Of a stretch of 64,000 bases of DNA, positions 23,311 through 37,213 are shown in pieces (position 1 is the stretch's first letter; each line of letters opens with the position of its first letter). This DNA comes from Squalus acanthias. Taxonomy: Eukaryota. The stretch covers positions 91,636,001 through 91,700,000 of the forward strand of contig CM059428.1 of assembly GCA_030390025.1 (NCBI GenBank), read 5' to 3'. A program made the position numbers and the translations under genes. The notes under the pieces were generated by a model, which was not told the DNA's origin, searched no databases, and was given only the letters and a program-made list of their open reading frames with translations.

Positions 23311-23753
23311 CTGATACAATAGCAAAATACTGTGGATGCTGGAAAACTGAAATAACAACAGAAAGCGCTGGAAAGACTCTGCAGGCCCGGCAACATCCGT
23401 GGAGAGAGAAACAGAGTTAACGTTTCAGGTCTGTGACCCTTCGTCAGAACTGAGAAAAAAGCAGGAAATGAAACAGATGAAAAAGCAAGTTTGGAGGCTG
23501 GGGGAGGGAATAAAAGAACAAAAGGGGAGGTCTGTGAGAAGAAGAGACATTAAGAGATACTCAAGGCGAGACGAGATGGTAATAGGACAGGTTAAGAAAC
23601 AAAAGATGGTACAAGGTTGAAGAGCCAAACGGAGCTCCCGTCGAAGAGAAGAGCAGAACTTCTTCAGGGTGGGCATTCCCAGAAGAGAAGTGGCAGTGAA
23701 CCAAACACTGATACAATAGCAAAATACTGCGGATGCTGGAAAACTGAAATAAC
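23311..23753 (-). mobile_element. Internally deleted Penelope-like element with tandem pLTR ends
   Basis: 46-bp direct repeat at 23311-23356 and 23708-23753; pLTR homologous to 1100-1244. Confidence 0.7.
23415..23451 (-). ncRNA. Minimal hammerhead ribozyme motif
   Basis: Reverse complement AGTT-CTGACGA-A-GGGTC-ACA-GACCT-GAAAC-GTT-AACT. Confidence 0.78.
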
Positions 23754-23829
23754 TTGATACTGACTTCAGTGGCAGGAGTACCAATAAAACCGACTGCTCT
23801 GTCTTCGTTGGTGTAGAATGTCGAGTGGT

Positions 23830-24200
23830 ATAAATATTCCATCGCACTCCTGACTTGAGCTTCGTAGATAGGGAAGCAGCTTTGAGAGGTCAGGAGGTGA
23901 GCCACTGGTCAGAGTACCCAGCCAGTGCCCTGCTCTTGTTGCCATGGTTCGGTTCAGCTTCTAGTCAATAATTACCTCCAAATAGTTGATAGTGGGGAAC
24001 TCATTGGTGCCATTGAAGATAAATGGGAAATGGCTGGGCCTTTTCTTTTTCAAGATGGTAATTGCCTGGCCCTTGTCAGCCCAAGCCTGGATGTTATCCA
24101 GGTCTTGCAGTAGCCTGGTATGAACTGTTTCATTATTGAAGAAGCTGTGGATGGAGCTGAGCACTGGAATTGTTAGCAAACAACCCACTCTGACCCATTA
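23830..24200 (-). mobile_element. Degenerate LINE family A-like fragment
   Basis: QDLDNIQAWADK and IYEAQVRS remnants. Confidence 0.6.
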
Positions 24201-24527
24201 AGAGATATATTTAAAAAATGATGGATGGTGAAGTTAGTAATAAGGCTTTAATTTAACTCAAGAGTTTCATAGCATAAACAATTTAAACATTTATGTTTTA
24301 TGGTTAATGAGGTCCCCCAGAGTAAATTACGGTCTTATTACAATACCCAACCATCCATAACTCTCCATCACCAGGTTGCTCTGTGCACTTACATTTTTCA
24401 ATATTCTTTTGGATCATTTCTTTTACATTGTTAAACAGACTTCAAGTAGCTAAAACTTATAGCAGCAGAACTGTAATAAATTATCCAAGATTTTTTTTTA
24501 ATTTTTACAACTTTGGAGATATGCCTG

Positions 24528-24606
24528 ATGCTGCCTGACCTGCTGAGTATTTCCAGAATTTTCAGTTTTTATTACAGATTTCCAGCATCTGCAGTATTTT
24601 GCTTCT
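24528..24606 (+). mobile_element. Penelope pLTR 3' fragment (no ribozyme core)
   Basis: ATGCTGCCTGACCTGCTGAGTATTTCCAG...GCAGTATTTTGCTT. Confidence 0.65.
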
Positions 24607-25865
24607 GAACTTTGAACAGTCTTGCCAGTGAGGGACAAAACTGGCAGGGTACATGAATAAAGGAATAGCTTTAATGAAGCCCTGTCGCCTCATTGGTTAA
24701 AGTGAGAGAAATACAGAACCAACCGTACAGCAAATTTTAGCTTTATTGCCACCCTTGTAATCTGTATCTTAGACCATGGAAATGTAAATAAAAGTGAACT
24801 CTCTGAAGCTCCAGTTAGCTTGAGGAATTCAGAAGACAGCAGGGTTGCAGAGAGCTATTGCTGTATCATATAAATATTAGGGAAAAAGCAAAACAGATGG
24901 AAGTATAGGTGCGATTGAGCTGTTTGTCTTCTAAATTTAGGAAGAAGTAGCTCAGAGCATTTGCCAAACTACCAAAACCAAATTGGATGTTGGATATGAA
25001 GAATTTGAGCCACTAAATCACTATTTGGACTAGAAGCCGAACGAGATTGCAAATTACACAACTTAGTGATTTTCCTATTACATCATGTATTAGCTAAGGC
25101 TTTGGCCCAACAGACAGCAGAGCTACTTATAAGTAGTCTTTTAGTTATTTTTATTAAACAGAAAGTCTGTTACTTAACCAATAATGACTGACAAAATGGG
25201 AAATTTACTATGCCAAGAACATTTTTGGCTTGAGGCCAAAACGATGGTAAGCATGATTGAGAAACCTGATTTTTGCATGAATTGTGCTCATTATTGTCAC
25301 TAAACCATTGTGCCTCTCCATTTTTTTAAATAAAGGAAACACACAAACCAGATTGGGGTGGGGGGGAACTAAAAATGACAATTACACCATCAAAGAACAA
25401 TGAAAATTCATGATGAGCATTGTGAATGTTGGTTTTACAATGATCTGTCAGGTACTTACAGCTTCCTAGTGTTTCAGCAGTGATTTAATATTCACTTCAG
25501 ATTTGTAGAAAATAGAAATTTGATTGTAACCTTCCAGGATGACATGTCATGCATTTTAATCAATGGTGATTAATTTAGACATCATCCTCATCAATTACTA
25601 TGGAAAATGAGAACTAGGCCTGTATATTAGGGACAATGAACTTCATTTTCAAAGAATGTAAACACATTTATGACTCATACTTGGGATCCTCACAAAGCTC
25701 ATTAGCATTATTTTCAAATCCCAGCAGATCTTTTGGAATTTTTGTATACTTATCGATTTTATTCTATGAAATTAATGTTTAACAATACAGACTCCATTAG
25801 TGGTCATTACTTACACTACTGCCAATGAGGAAAAGTCTCTCAAAACTCATAATTTTGTTAATTTT

Positions 25866-27950
25866 AACAACAATAACATATTTATATAGTGCCTTTAATG
25901 TAATAAAATGTCCCAAGGTGCTTCACAGGAGTGTTATCAAAAAAACCACAATTTGACACCAAGCCATACAAGATTATGTTAGGGCAGATGACCAAAAGCT
26001 TGATCAAAGAGGTAAGTTTTAAGGACCGTCATAAAGGAGAAAGAGAAGTGGAGAGGCGGAGGGAATTCCAGAGCTTAGGACCTAGGCAGCTGAAAGCACA
26101 ACCACCAATGGTGGAGCATTTAAAATCGGGGATGTTCAAAAGGCCAGAATAGGCGGAGCAGAGGTCTAGGGGGATTATAGGGCTGGAGGAGATTACAGAG
26201 ATAAGATGGGCCGAGGATGAGAATTTTAAAATCGAGGCATTGCTTAACTGGGAGCCAGTGTAGGTCAGCAAGCACAGGGGTGATGGGTGAACGGGACTTG
26301 ATGCGAGTTAGGACACGGGCAGACGAGTTTTAGATGACCTCAAGTTTAAGGAGGGCAGAATACGGTTGGAATAGTCAAGTCCAGAGGTGGTAAAGGCATG
26401 AATGAGAGTTTTGGCAGCAGATAAGTTGAGGTAAGGGCGAAGACGGGCGATATTACGAAGGTGGAAATGGGCAGCCTTAATAATGGAACGGATATGAGGT
26501 AGGAAGCTCAATTCGTGATCAAATATGACACCAAGGTTGCGAACTGACTTGGTCAGCCTTAGACAGCTGCCAGGGAAAGAGATCGAATCAGTGGAAAGGG
26601 AATGGAGTTAGTGGTGTGAACCGAAGACAATGGCTTTGGTCGTCACAATATTTAATTGGAGGAGATTTCTACTCATCCAGTGCTGAATGTCGGACAAGCC
26701 GTCTGATAGTATAGAGGCGGTGGAGGGTTCGAGAGAGGTGGAGGAGAATTAGAACTGGCTATTATCAGCGTACATGTGAAAAGTCACGTTGTGTTGCCGG
26801 ATGATGTCACTGAGGGGTAGCATGTAGATGAGAAATAGGAGGATAGATCCTTGGGATACACCAGAGATGACAGTGCGGGATCGGGAAGAGAATCCATTGC
26901 AGGTGATTCTATGGTTACGGCTGGAAAGATGGGAATGAAACCAGGCGAGGTCAGTCCCATCCATCTGGACGATGGTGGAGAGGCTTTGGAGCAGAATTTT
27001 GTGGTCAACAGTGTCAAAGGCTGCAGACAGGTCCAGAAGGAGTGGAAGAGATAGATTACCTTTGTCGCAGCCAATTAGGATGTCATTTGTGACTTTGGTA
27101 AGAGCAGTTTCTGGCAGGGGCGGAAGTCTGATTTGGAGGGATTCAAACAAGGAGTTCTGGGAAAGATGGGCACGGATTTGGGAGGCGACAACACGTTCAA
27201 GAACTTTGGAGAGGAAAGGGAGATTGGAGATGGGGCGGTAGTTTGTAAGGACAGAGGGGTCATGGGTTGGTTTTTGAGGAGAGGGGTGATGATAGCAGAT
27301 TTGAAGGAAAGGGGGACAATACCTGAGGAGAGCGAACCGTTAACAATATCTGCTAACATGGGAGCCTGGAAGGAATGTTAGGTAGTCAGCAATTTAGTAA
27401 AAATAGGGTCGAGAGCAGGAGGTCAGTCTCATTGACAAAATGAGCTTTGAAAGGGCAAGAGGGGAGATAGGAGAGAAATTAGAGAAACATGCAAATTTAG
27501 AGTTAGGGCAGGGGGAAAATGGAGATGAAGTAAAACTCGGTGGGCTAGGGGGAGGGAGGGAATTGAAAGCAGAACAGTTGAATGGATATTGTCGATCATT
27601 TTAACAAAGAAGTCCATGAGCTCCTCACATTTATTGTTGGAGGTGAGGGATGGGGAGGCAGGTTTGAGAAGACGGTTAGTAAAGGAAAAGAGAAGCCTGG
27701 TGTTATTTTTGCCATCCTGGATGATCTTAGAATAGTGGGCGGTTTTAGTGATGGAGAGCAGGACCCAGTAGTGCTTTATATGATTGAGCCAAATCTGGTG
27801 ATTGATGATTAGACCAGTTGTCCACCAAAGATGTTCAAGTCTGCGTCCCTTGGACTTAAGGCAGCGGAGTTGAGGGGTAAACTAGGCGAATCGACTAGGG
27901 TGAGTGTAACGAATTTAGAGGGGACAAGGGCATCAAAATTAAACAGTGAC
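25866..27950 (-). mobile_element. L2-clade LINE, degenerate RT and 3' end
   Basis: ETALTKVTNDIL, LLLDLSAAFDTVDH, HMYADNSQ and FHLRNIARLRP motifs; GTT-type tail; frameshifted. Confidence 0.85.
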
Positions 27951-28128
27951 CCCATGTATTTCATCTATTTTTCTGTTATTGTGGCTCATTTAAAAAAAAA
28001 AAAAAATTCTTGACACTCTACCTATCATAATTTCTGAGATTTTGATTTCAGACCTGGAACTACTGGAAGAAAAACAAATAGGAATTCCAACTCCAATAAT
28101 TGGACTCTATGTACTTTTAAAAAAAAAA

Positions 28129-30662
28129 TCATTCTTGGGATGTGGGCGTCGCTGGAAAGGCCAGCATTTATTGCCCATCCCTAATTGCCGTGGAGAAGGT
28201 GGTGGTGAGCCGCCTTCAGTCCGTGTGGTGAAGGTACTCCCACAGTGCTGTTAGGGAGGGAGTTCCAGGATCTTGACCCAGCGACGGTGAAGGAACGGTG
28301 ACAGACTTCCAAGTCAGGATGGTGTGTGACTTGGAGGGGAACTTGAAGGTAGTGGTGTTCCCATGCACCTGCTGCCCTTGTCCTTCTATGTGGTAGAGGT
28401 TGTGGGTTTGGGAGGTGCTGCCGAAGAAGCCTTGGCGAGTTGCTGCAGTGCATCTTGTAGATGGTACACACTGCAGCCACAGTACGCCATTGGTGAAGGG
28501 AGTGAATGTTTAAGGTAGTGGATGGGGTGCCAATCAAGCGGGCTGCTTTGTCCTGGACTTCTTGAGTGTTGTTGGAGCTGCACTCATCCAGGCAAGTGGA
28601 GAGTATTCCATCACGCTCCTGACTTGTGCCTTGTAGATGGTGGAAAGGCTTTGGGGAGTCAGGAGGCGAGACACTCGCCGCAGAATACCTAGCCTCTGAC
28701 CTGCTCTTGTTGCCACAGTATTTATGTGGCTGGTCCAGTTAGGCTTCTGGTCAATGGTGACCCCCAGGATATTGATGGTGGGCGATTTGGCGATGGTAAT
28801 GCCGTTGAATGTCAAGGGGTGGTGGTTAGATGCTCGCTTGTTGGAGATAGTCATTGGCTGGCACTTGTGTGGCGCGAATGTTACCTGCCATTTATCAGCC
28901 CAAGCCTGAATGTTGTCCAGATCTTGCTGCATGCGAGCATGGACTGCTTCATTATCTGAGGAGTTGCGAATGGCACTGAACACTCTGCAGTCATCAGCGA
29001 ACATCCCCACTTCTGACCTTATGATGGAGGGAAGGTCATTGATGAAGCAACTGAAGATGGTTGGACCTAGGACACTGGCCTGAGGAACTCCTGCAGCGAT
29101 GTCCTGGGGCTGTGATGATTGACCTCCAACCACCACAGCCTTTGTGCTAGGTATGACTCCAGCCAGTGGAGAGTTTTCCCCCTGATTCCCATTGACTTCA
29201 GTTTTACTAGGGCTCCTTGATGGCTCACTCGGTCAAATGCTGCCTTGATGTCAAGGGCAGTCACTCTCACCTCACCTCTGGAATTCAGCTCTTTTGTCCA
29301 TGTTTGTACCAAGGCTGTAATGAGGTCGGGAGCTGAGTGGTCTTGGCGGAATCCAAACTGGGCATAAGTGAGCAGGTTATTGGTGAGTAAGTGCTGCTTG
29401 ATAGCACTGTCAACGACACCTTCCATCACTTTGCTGATGATTGAGAGTAGACTGATGGGGCGGTAATTAGTCAGATTGGATTTGTTCTGCTTTTTGTGGA
29501 CAGGACATACCTGGGCAGTTTTCCAAATTGTCGGATAGATGACAGTGTTATAGCTGTACTAGAACAGCTTGGCTAGAGGCGCGACTAGTTCTGGAGCACA
29601 AGTCTTCAGCACGACAGCCGGGATGTTGTCGGGGCCCATAGCCTTTGCTGTATCCAGTGCACTCAGCCATTTCTTAATATCACGAGGAGTGAATTGAATT
29701 TGCTGAAGACTGGCTTCTGTGATGGTGGGGACCTCAGGAGGAGGCCGATATGGATCATCCACTCGGCACCTCTGGCTGAAGATGGTTGCAAATGCTTCAG
29801 CTTTGTCTTTTGCACTCACGTGCTGGGCTCCACCATCATTGAGGATGGGGATATTCATGGCACCTCCTCCTCCCATTAGTTGCTTAATTATCCACCACCA
29901 TTCACGACTGGATGTGGCAGAACTGCAGAGCTTTGATCTGATCCATTGATTGTGGGATCCCTTAGCTCTGTCTATAGCATGCTGCTTCCGCTTTTTAGCA
30001 TGCATGTAGTCCTGTGTTGCAGTTTCCCCAGATTGGCACCTCATTTTTAGGTACGCCTGGTGCTGCTCCTGGCATGCTCTTCTACACTCCTTATTGAACC
30101 AGGGTTGGCCCCCTGGCTTGATGGTAATGTTAGTGAGGGATATGCCGAGCCATGAGGTTACAGATTGTGGTGGAGTACAATTCTGTTGCTGCTGATAGCC
30201 CACAGCACCTCATGGATGCCCAGTTTTGAGCTGCTAGATCTGTTCTGAATCTATCCCATGTAACATGGTGGAAGTGCCACACAACACAATGGAGGGTGTC
30301 CTCAGTGTGAAGACGGGACTTCGTCTCCACAATGACTGTGCGGTGGTCACTGCTACCAATGCTGTCATGGACAGATGCATCTGCGACAGGTAGATTGGTG
30401 AGGACGAGGTCAAGTAGGTTTTTCCCTCGTGTTGGTTCTCTCACCACCTGTCGCAGGCCCAAACTGGCAGCTATGTCCTTCAGGACTCGGCCAGCTCAGT
30501 CAGTAGTGGTGCTACCGAGCCACTCTTGGTGATGGACATTGAAGTCCCCCACCCAGAGTACATTCTGTGCCCTTGCTACTCTCAGTGCTTCTTCCAAGTG
30601 GTGTTCAACATGGAGGAGTACTGATTCGTCAGCTGAGGGAGGGCGGTAGGTGATAATCAGCA
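28129..30662 (-). mobile_element. LINE family A, 5'-truncated (end of endonuclease, RT, 3' end)
   Basis: QVVREPTRGKNLLDLVLTN..SDHR endonuclease end; KAMGPDNIP; MFADD; frameshifts. Confidence 0.92.
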
Positions 30663-30679
30663 GTTTCTGATGTTGGCAA

Positions 30680-31040
30680 AGCCATATTGCCTGTTGGCCT
30701 GAGGAGGTGGTGGCGGGCCTTCCCTTTGCACTGCTGCAGTCCTTGTGCTGATGGTGCTCCCATAATGGTGTTGGGTAGCGAATTCCAACTATGAAGGAAC
30801 AGCAGTATATGTCAAGTCAGGATATTGCGTGATCTGGAGGCAATGTGGAGTTGGTGTTCTCATGATCTTGCTGCTCTTTTTTTGTGGTAGAGGCCACAGA
30901 TCTAGAAGGTGCTGTTGAAGTTAGCTTGATTGAGTTCGAGAGTATCAGTAGAGAAGATTGTAGGCAGGGCAGGGAGGTTGTGGAATAGACGTCTGCCATT
31001 AGAAGCGATGGAATAAGGGAGGAGTGCCAAGTGACAGAAA
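30680..31040 (-). mobile_element. Old LINE 3' fragment
   Basis: Similar to 18160-18295 and 23154-23310. Confidence 0.5.
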
Positions 31041-34000
31041 CAGGGCAATATAGAGCCACTGAGGTTATCCACAATCTGAGGCAGTGGGAATTGGAACGTG
31101 GGAAAGTGAAGAAAGCAGAGCTGGAGGCATGAATGATCTGAGAAATGGTAGAAGAAGAAAAAAGGAGAAATGAAAAAAAGAAACAAAAACATCAGAGGAG
31201 TGAAGCAGAATCAGAAAATGAAGCTATTGAGGACGCAAAGACTGAAAAGAGAGTGTGAAAACCTGTGAAATAAAGTCCAGGAACAATTGCAAAGTTTCCA
31301 GAAATTAGTGGCATTTGGACTTGAATTTGTGAAGGGGAAAATGTCTGAACAGGAAAAATCTGATCTGGATATGGGCATACTGCATTTACTGCCACAAAAA
31401 CAAACCAGAGGGCTCTGAGGCTGCAATGGTTTCAAAGCCAGCTGCATTGTGAACAATGGTATTAAAATATCTGCCAGCTCACTTATCGTTTCTATCGTTG
31501 GCCTGCATTCTAAGGTTAGAGTAAAAGTTCATAAAATATGCTTTCATTAATAATAAACATGACACTTTTTGTTTAACTTGTGCAAGTTTGAAACTGCTCT
31601 GCCTCCAACAAGATCTCACTGAGGTATTCAATATTAGAATCTGTAAAGTGGCAGAGTAGAGTTTGGGGCAAACTTTTGGGCAGCTAATTCTGAATGCTCT
31701 CCTGCCGTGTTGGATATTCATTCTGCCGCAGACCTTTGTTGATTTTTGGCATAATTAAAATTGGTTGCGAAGTAAGTGAATAGATGGTGATTTTGTGACA
31801 ACAGCGCTGTTATACTGGGATCCCAGCAGTGCTCTACCCTGTCTAGAATTCCCCTCCAGGATACTTTACATCTGGTAGAAAGAGAGCTACAGAATATGAC
31901 AGCAGTTCACAAGACCCATGAAAAGCGGGGTCTCTAGTGCAGCTGATAGAGAGAATGGAATCTGTGCCAATGGCTGCAGTTTTGTATTGTTAAAGTACCC
32001 GTTGTCACTCCTAAAGACTGAGGGGCCAAATTTTCAATGTCACAGCTCTGTTGGCAGAAGTGCAGCAGAATGGAGCACAAGTCTGCTGACTTCCAAGAAT
32101 GCTGACCCTGTCGCAGATTGTGGGAATTGACTCCTTAACATTGTCGGAGTGGGTGTATTGCACTTGTAAGGTGGCGGACTGGGCAGACTTTCCTAAGGAA
32201 GCCAGGGAACGATCCCAGACACACTCAATTGACATTGGAGAGGAGTGGAAGATCTGCCCCCCCCCGCCCCCCCAAACCGCCGGGTTCCTCACTGGAATTT
32301 TTCAACCGCCTCACCACTTGGTGGAATCCTGACGGAACCAAATTTCACTCCATTTTACAGGCCTTGTTCAGGAGTTACACTGGAGATGTGCTCAGGCCCA
32401 GGGTGGAATTTCTTGCTGAGACTTGACAGGTCTGAATATTTATTAATTTCTGCAGCACATTCAGTACTGCAGTACCATGAATCATATTCAGCAATTATTC
32501 ATTTCTGCTTAATGCTGTCCTCGAAAATACTGCTAATAATTCTCAGCAATTCCACAGCTCATGAAATTCACAAGACACCTTTTGTTCTCTTAGGGGTACA
32601 CTTAACACAGCAATTTAACATACTAAGCAATATCATTCTCAGTGGGAGGGGTGCATATCCATAGTAAATTTATGTGGGAATGTGCTGTAGGGTACACTAC
32701 TCATAGAAGGGATTTACAACTACTAGATGTTTACATGTGTTGGAAAGTGACTGTTAGACCACACAAAATAGTGCTAGCTATTTTTTTTTGTAAATCCCCA
32801 AGATTGCAATGGTTTAGACTTGGATTTGTAAATGTGGAGTTTTTTGCACTGTGTGCGAGCTTCATCGCCTTCCATTACCTTACTCTGCAATATACAATTC
32901 CAGATGCTCAAACCAATTGACCGTAAAATTGCTTTTTATTTCTACCAATGTAACTAGCTGTTGCTCACAGCCACCTCCTGTTTAAAAAGTTGCTCATTAT
33001 CAGCTTCCTCTCCTCCTCCTTCAGTGGAAGCAAAACTTCTGGAACCAATTAGGAATGTCTGCTTTTAACTTAATAGACTGATGAGATTTGCACGTAAGTG
33101 GTATTCTGGTTGGGAAGGCAAGCTCTTTCTACTACATGTTAGGTTGCAATCATTGTACAATCATCGCCTATTAAAAGGGTAATGCTCATTCTTAAATCTT
33201 AGTCCTTTGTTTGAATTTAGGATGCATAAAGTAACAGTCTTCCAGACTTGCTTGGTGTTGTTTTATTATACTGTCAATTACAGAGCATTACATGTTATTA
33301 CATTTTAACGTATCTAACCAATTTCTATTAACTTTTTATTTAAAGAATTCCCAGATCAAGCAAATGGTAAAATCAATTCTCAAACGGTCCTAAAATAACT
33401 AGTTTTTACAGTTTGTTTCCATATTCAGTAAGCCAGTTCCAGTTTTGGAGAAGGGTGTGCAGTTATGGTAGCTGCTTGACGATAGTAACAGCAATGTGGT
33501 AGCATCCAACATAGTAAACTGTGAGTGATCTTCTGAACATTAGGTTGTATTTTCTTCCTTCTATTGGCTAATGTTAGAAAAATGTCAGCATGAGTATAAA
33601 GTCCACTTTACAAGCATGACAAATGTTTCATTACCAGTGACTGGAAGAAAATATACCCCATTGTTTTTAAGGAGTTCAAATAGTATTGTTTACATCAAAG
33701 TTTGTGTTTGAGGTATTTTGGAGGATACATTTCTCTCTTAAAAGCCAGAAGGTTTGAAACAATATATATTTTTTCCTTTTTTATCATCCCTCAAAGTAGC
33801 TGACTAACCTTTTTTGTGATGTTTTGTAAAAATGTAACATGATATAATGTGCCACACTAATGTTACCACTAGTTCAATGTTTATTAAAGTGAACAGCCCA
33901 AAAATTCAGGAGCCAGAAAAGGCCTGTAGCAGATGGATTGCCTACCAGGCTCACAATTTGAACAAAATGCAGATCCAGCAGGTTCCCACCCTATGTAACA

Positions 34001-34789
34001 AACAGCCCAAATTCAATTTCAGGGGACGATTCTTCCGCCTGCCCTAACTGCATGCTACTTAGTGGTGTCTCTGGGGAGTTCCCAAACTAAATTGGAAATT
34101 CCACCCATGAAGCACTCCCTACGTCCAATGGAACATTTGCCAGCTGAAAGCTGGTTTGAGTTCTACTATGGGTCTAGTAAAGGCCCCAAGACTGCCCAAG
34201 AGAAAGATGATTGATCCCAGAGGTGATGGATTAATTTTAGAATCTTGCAGAAGACAATTTGCTTATTTTATTTCTTCCTGGGCCTCAGCGTCCCCCTATC
34301 GGATGGTTGGGTGCTGCTGCAAGTTCTGATGCCACAATGGTCAGGCACCTCTAATTTGCCTGTATAGATATGGGCCACCCACCCTGATTGTGGAAATGTT
34401 GTTGTCATTACAATTTAGGATGGAGTCTATGTCGGTGGCTATGGGCAGCTGGAAGTTTCGCTCCGCTGCACTTCCAGTAGGGACTCTGGAAATTTGGGGC
34501 CAACATGCAAAAATAGTAAACAATCCTCATTCAAATGAGGGATCACACTTGTCCTGCATCAAAACTGACACAGGAAATTACAGCCCAATGAGTTTTATGC
34601 CCAGTGTTGCATGACTGGACTGGAGTGTAAAAAAAGGCATCAGGATGGCAAATAAAAAATTCAAATGGAATATGGCAAAAATACCAAATAAGTTTTTTTG
34701 TCTCAGATTTTACCAAGCGAATAGGTAACATTTAATCTTGAAAGGGGTCTGAAGGGTGCTGTGGAGGTAAGTTGTGACACTATATTACT

Positions 34790-35420
34790 ACCAGTATGGT
34801 CGCTGAACAGCTGTGCAAACTTGAGGTGAATAAATCTCAGGGGCCGGATAAGATGCATCCGAGGATTCTTAAAGAAATAAGGAAGGAAATTGCAGGAACT
34901 CTGGCACGAATCTTCCAGAAATCACCTAAATACTGGACAGGTGCCTTGGGACTGGCGAAAGGCAGATGTTACTCCTATTTTCAAAAAAGGTAGCAAAAGT
35001 GACCCAGGAAACTACTGACCAGTGAGTTTGATGTCCATTGTGGGTAAAGTTATGAAAATTCTTATTAAAGATGAGATCATGGATAGAAATAAAATCCTAA
35101 AAGATAGCCAATATGGGTTCATGAAGGGGCTATCTTGCTGATCTAACTTACTGGTTTTCTTTGAGGGTATGACAAAGGAGCTTTATAGGGTTAAGGCAGT
35201 GGATATGGTGTACTTGGACTTCAGTAAGGCCTTTGATACACAATTTGTTGACCAATAGAAACCAGGGATTGTCATCAACCTGGGAGAATGTTACCAGTGG
35301 GGTCCACAGGTGTCTGTTTTGGAATCTTTTTTGTTTAATATCTTTATAAATGACATGGAGGTAGGAGTCAAAAGCGCAGTGGATAACTTTGCACATGATG
35401 CAAAGCTAATCAACATGGTA
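34790..35420 (+). mobile_element. Degenerate CR1 RT fragment
   Basis: KSQGPDKMHPRILKE, YLDFSKAFD and LFNIFIND remnants. Confidence 0.75.
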
Positions 35421-35422
35421 GA

Positions 35423-37042
35423 CTGCCAAGCTAAACAGGATAAGCCCACCCAGCGTGTTTCCCGGCCAATTAGAGGAAGCAGGTCTGGTGACATCATTTG
35501 ATGACGCATCATCAGCCGGTTTCCTTAAGGGACCAAGTCCAAATTTATTTTGACATTTGTGTTGTCAGTGTTCTACAGCATTGAGGTGCTGCAAACACTG
35601 ACAAGCACTGCACAGAGGTGCACGGCTGCACCCAGGCTCTCCCACAGCACACAGGGAGGTCCTCTTCCCTTCCCATGAGCGGAAGAGACCTCTCCAGGAG
35701 ATCAACACAGCCTGGTTGCACATTGCAGAGGAGGGCACAAGCAGGGATGTCGTTAGGAGGACCGGGCTGCAGTGTCGCAAACATTTCAATGATCTCAGTA
35801 GATCAAGAAACGTTAGTACAAAGCACACTCAACCTCATCCTGCTGTGCCTCTCATCACATCCCCATCACTCTGCCTTCCCTACCCTACTCCTGCACATCC
35901 TTACTCACACCAACTTACCTTGCACCTCCACCTAGCCCTCTCTATCTATATTATCACATCCCCATCTCATGAGCCACCCCTCACACTCATCCTCATCCTA
36001 GTCCAATCATACCAACTAACAACACACAAAGGTAGCCACTTGGTTGTTTTATGCAATGTTCATGTGAAGTTTCTGTTAATGTGGTGTCAAACATTGAAAC
36101 CTTTATTTTCAACACTTTGCGTCCTTGGACAGATTTGTGTGCACTTTTGGAAGTGGCTTAGTGAGTTGCAGTGAATGGTGAGACATAACGGTATCCCCCG
36201 CAATGGTGATGAGTGTGAAAGGAATGGCTTGGGCATTGTAGGGATGCTTCATAGTGTTGGTGTGGGGTGGTGCCAACCTGGCGCATCATGTGGCAGCCAG
36301 GGTGTACAGCATCAAGTGAAGTCAATCTGGCCATGGTGAGGCCATCTCCTGGGCAGCAATGTGGTCTGGTGCTGATGCCCTCTGTCCTGTGCAGCATCCG
36401 TTGATTGCGGAGAAGCTTGGTGTTGTTGTTGGTGCTGCTGGTGTGCCTGGTGCTGCTGGTGTTGGGGCTGATCGTGGTGGGATTCTGAGGATCAAGGTGA
36501 GAGAGTATAAAGGGCACCCATACTGATGGAATAGATGGCAGGTGAAGTAGAGATGACAATGGTGAGAGAGGTAATGAGGTCAGACTGGATGGGGACTTGT
36601 GTAAAGACTTGCAGCATGGTGAATCTGTTGTGGAAATGCAGCGAGGAAGAGCACGTGGCTGAAGGAAGATATCTCTGTAAGGTGGGAGCTTTTACTTTAC
36701 ATTTGAAGCTGTCAACTCAACAGCTGATTCAATGGCCAATGAACTCCCGCCTCAGCTTAACAGACATGATCCCTGAGCAGCGAGGACCCCGTGGGCGAGC
36801 ACATAAAATCAAAAGCTGAGCTCAAATGTAGTCATAATGATCTCTAATCAAGGTCATAATGACCTGAATTGGGTCTCCCGCCGCTGCCTGTCTGGTTTGC
36901 TCAGCGCTGACAGACCCGACATCGGGGAAAGGCGCGTGGTGGTGGGTTCACAGCAGAGTCCCGACCCGCTGGGGGGAAAAAAACACTTTCCCACCCGACC
37001 CACCACCGATCGCGCCCGCTGACCCCCCGGAAAATCTCGGCC
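35423..37042. mobile_element. Decayed, deleted Harbinger (Myb exon 1 +, transposase 5' remnant -)
   Basis: AWLHIAEEGTSRDVVRRTGLQCRKHFNDLSRS at ~35710-35810; right TIR AAAATCTCGGCC; left TIR not found. Confidence 0.75.
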
Positions 37043-37153
37043 GTTAACTCTATTTCTCTCTCTAGAGATGCTGCCTGACCTGCGGAGTATTTCCAGCATT
37101 TTCTGTTTTTTTTTTTACAGATTTCCAGCATCTGCAGTATTTTGCTTTTGTAT
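37043..37153 (+). mobile_element. Penelope pLTR 3' half
   Basis: Homologous to 1138-1244; begins at GTTAACTC. Confidence 0.75.
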
Positions 37154-37213
37154 GTAGATAAAAGAGATCATTGAAGAGCTGACCTTTACCATGGTAAAGC
37201 TAAATTTTCTTGC

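Noticed and set aside
31190-31440. Purine-rich, coding-looking stretch
   Set aside because: Stops in all + frames, no splice signals or recognisable motif.
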